Under the pieces are notes generated by a model. That model made no database searches, was not told the origin of the DNA, and saw only the letters and a list, made by a program, of their open reading frames with translations. This document shows positions 26,222 through 27,303 of a stretch of DNA of 27,303 nucleotides, one piece after another (position 1 is the first letter of the stretch; each line of letters begins with the position of its first letter). Origin of the DNA: Myxococcales bacterium. Its GTDB lineage: Bacteria; Myxococcota_A; Polyangia; Polyangiales; JAFGIB01. Position numbers and translations under genes: made by a program. The stretch is from positions 1 to 27,303 of the forward strand of contig JAPPOR010000544.1 of NCBI GenBank assembly GCA_028817905.1. Reading direction: 5' to 3'.

Positions 26222-26481
26222 GTTAGGTGGGACAGGAGCTTGACGGTTACACCGGCAAGCTGGTCGATGTTCTCGATTAGCTTGGTCACCTTGCGGTTGT
26301 GGTTGGCGGCGCCATTCACGATTGCCATTAGCTCCGCCGCCCTTTCCTTGTCCTGCTTGCTCGGCAGCAGCTCGTTCAAGCGCCTGTCGCTCATGGGCAG
26401 CACGCGGGCAAGGTCGTCCTTGAGCTGGCGGTTGGTCTTGCTGGCTGATTCCTTCGCAATCTTGCTGAATTGGTTGGGCAT
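26218..26481 (-). CDS. Small hypothetical protein (87 aa), hydrophilic and helical
   Basis: Start ATG 26481..26479 is preceded by a strong ribosome-binding site: minus-strand GAAGGAGA, 5 nt upstream. It lies 1 nt after the upstream gene's TGA (26485..26483). Local GC is about 58%, against a ~69% window average. The N-terminal extension in ORF 26218..26589 overlaps the upstream gene and is rejected. Confidence 0.55.
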   Translation of the reverse strand: MPNQFSKIAKESASKTNRQLKDDLARVLPMSDRRLNELLPSKQDKERAAELMAIVNGAANHNRKVTKLIENIDQLAGVTVKLLSHLT

Positions 26482-26482
26482 C

Positions 26483-27121
26483 TCATTCTCCTTCGCCGTC
26501 TTGGTCAAACAGGGTCTTGAGCCGTGACAGAGCCTCCTTGGGATCGTCGCCGGCTTCCAAGATCGCGGTAATTTGGTCGCTGGTCTCAATGGCCTTGTCG
26601 ACCAGATCGTTCTTGGCCTCCAGGAGCCCGAAGCGCTCCGCTACCCTGTCCTGTTCCGCCTGCACGTCGTGGGCCGTCTGGATGTAGGCTGTCACGGTGC
26701 TCTGCATCTGGCTCAGCTGGGCGTACACTTGGTCCAGGCTGCGCAGGGCCTTCGCCTCCTGCCTGTTCAGAGGCGCCAGGAGCGAAGCGCGCTGGCGTTC
26801 GATCTCGTCCTGCCCCGCCTGGGCGAACTCCAGCATGATTTGCTCGGCGTTCGCGCCCGGCTCCGCGACCTTGGCGAGGACCTGCGAGTCGGCCACGAAG
26901 TTCTCCATGAACACGGGTGTCCAACGCCGGGCGATGAAGTCGTCCACCCGGCGCCTGGACAGATCGTAGTAAGCCCGGATCCACGCTTCCTGCGAGGCGT
27001 GTAGGGCGGCGATCTGTCGACCGACCGTCGTGGACAGGATGGCCGTCTCCTGCGGCACCGACATCGAGCACCCGGCCGAAAGGCATATGCCCGCGACCAG
27101 CATACGTAGCCCAGTCTGCAT
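26483..27121 (-). CDS. Hypothetical lipoprotein with coiled-coil region (212 aa)
   Basis: Lipoprotein signal MLVAGICLSAGC. Helical Q/E/A-rich body. Minus-strand GGAGGGG ribosome-binding site before ATG 27121. It forms a tight pair with the downstream small gene. Confidence 0.6.
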   Translation of the reverse strand: MQTGLRMLVAGICLSAGCSMSVPQETAILSTTVGRQIAALHASQEAWIRAYYDLSRRRVDDFIARRWTPVFMENFVADSQVLAKVAEPGANAEQIMLEFAQAGQDEIERQRASLLAPLNRQEAKALRSLDQVYAQLSQMQSTVTAYIQTAHDVQAEQDRVAERFGLLEAKNDLVDKAIETSDQITAILEAGDDPKEALSRLKTLFDQDGEGE

Positions 27122-27303
27122 CGTTCCCCTCCGTGTGATCGTTCGCGGCGAACCCTAGCCGGTCCTCGGCACAAATCAATGAAATGGCTCACATGGACAA
27201 TGCGGGACGGACCGAAGAACTGCAGGAGTTGCGCAACCAGAAGCGCGTCCGGCCGACAACACGGGTATGCCACGCGTCGCACGCCAGCACGCGCCAGGAG
27301 TCG

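Overview
This 27.3-kb window is about 69% GC and looks chromosomal. Gene content suggests a myxobacterium-like (Myxococcota) genome: a large Ser/Thr-kinase STAND protein, high-GC codon usage and ATGA-coupled operons. I support 17 protein-coding genes and found no rRNA, tRNA, CRISPR array, transposase or integrase.

Gene order:
- (1) A minus-strand five-gene operon, TetR regulator > LolA-like periplasmic protein > FtsX permease > FtsX permease > ABC ATPase (4657..51). All four gene junctions are ATGA stop/start overlaps.
- (2) A minus-strand lipoprotein fusing SH3b, an L,D-transpeptidase and a MepA-like (M74) endopeptidase (7398..4882).
- (3) A fumarylacetoacetate-hydrolase-family (FAH) enzyme on the plus strand and a convergent LysR regulator.
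- (4) A 1416-aa Ser/Thr kinase with AAA-like, TPR-like and GAF regions on the minus strand, divergent from a 577-aa polytopic membrane protein.
- (5) The most unusual locus: an NfeD/YqiJ-like membrane protein, ATGA-coupled to a flotillin (SPFH) protein, followed 12 nt later by a 1843-aa protein. That giant protein has a beta-rich N-terminal region, a roughly 800-aa helical/coiled-coil middle and a C-terminal MoxR/dynein-type (AAA_5-like) AAA+ ATPase.
- (6) A secreted trypsin-like S1 lipoprotein protease.
- (7) A lower-GC terminal segment with a small 87-aa protein and a coiled-coil lipoprotein, both on the minus strand.

Non-coding structure is rich:
- A palindromic TetR operator array.
- A roughly 120-bp heptanucleotide (GGCTTCC)n microsatellite between the peptidoglycan-hydrolase gene and the TetR promoter.
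- A 4 x 11-bp direct-repeat array in a divergent promoter.
- A roughly 54-bp inverted repeat whose copies sit at window position 1 and at 9535, bracketing 9.5 kb.
- A 164-bp MITE-like long hairpin between convergent genes.
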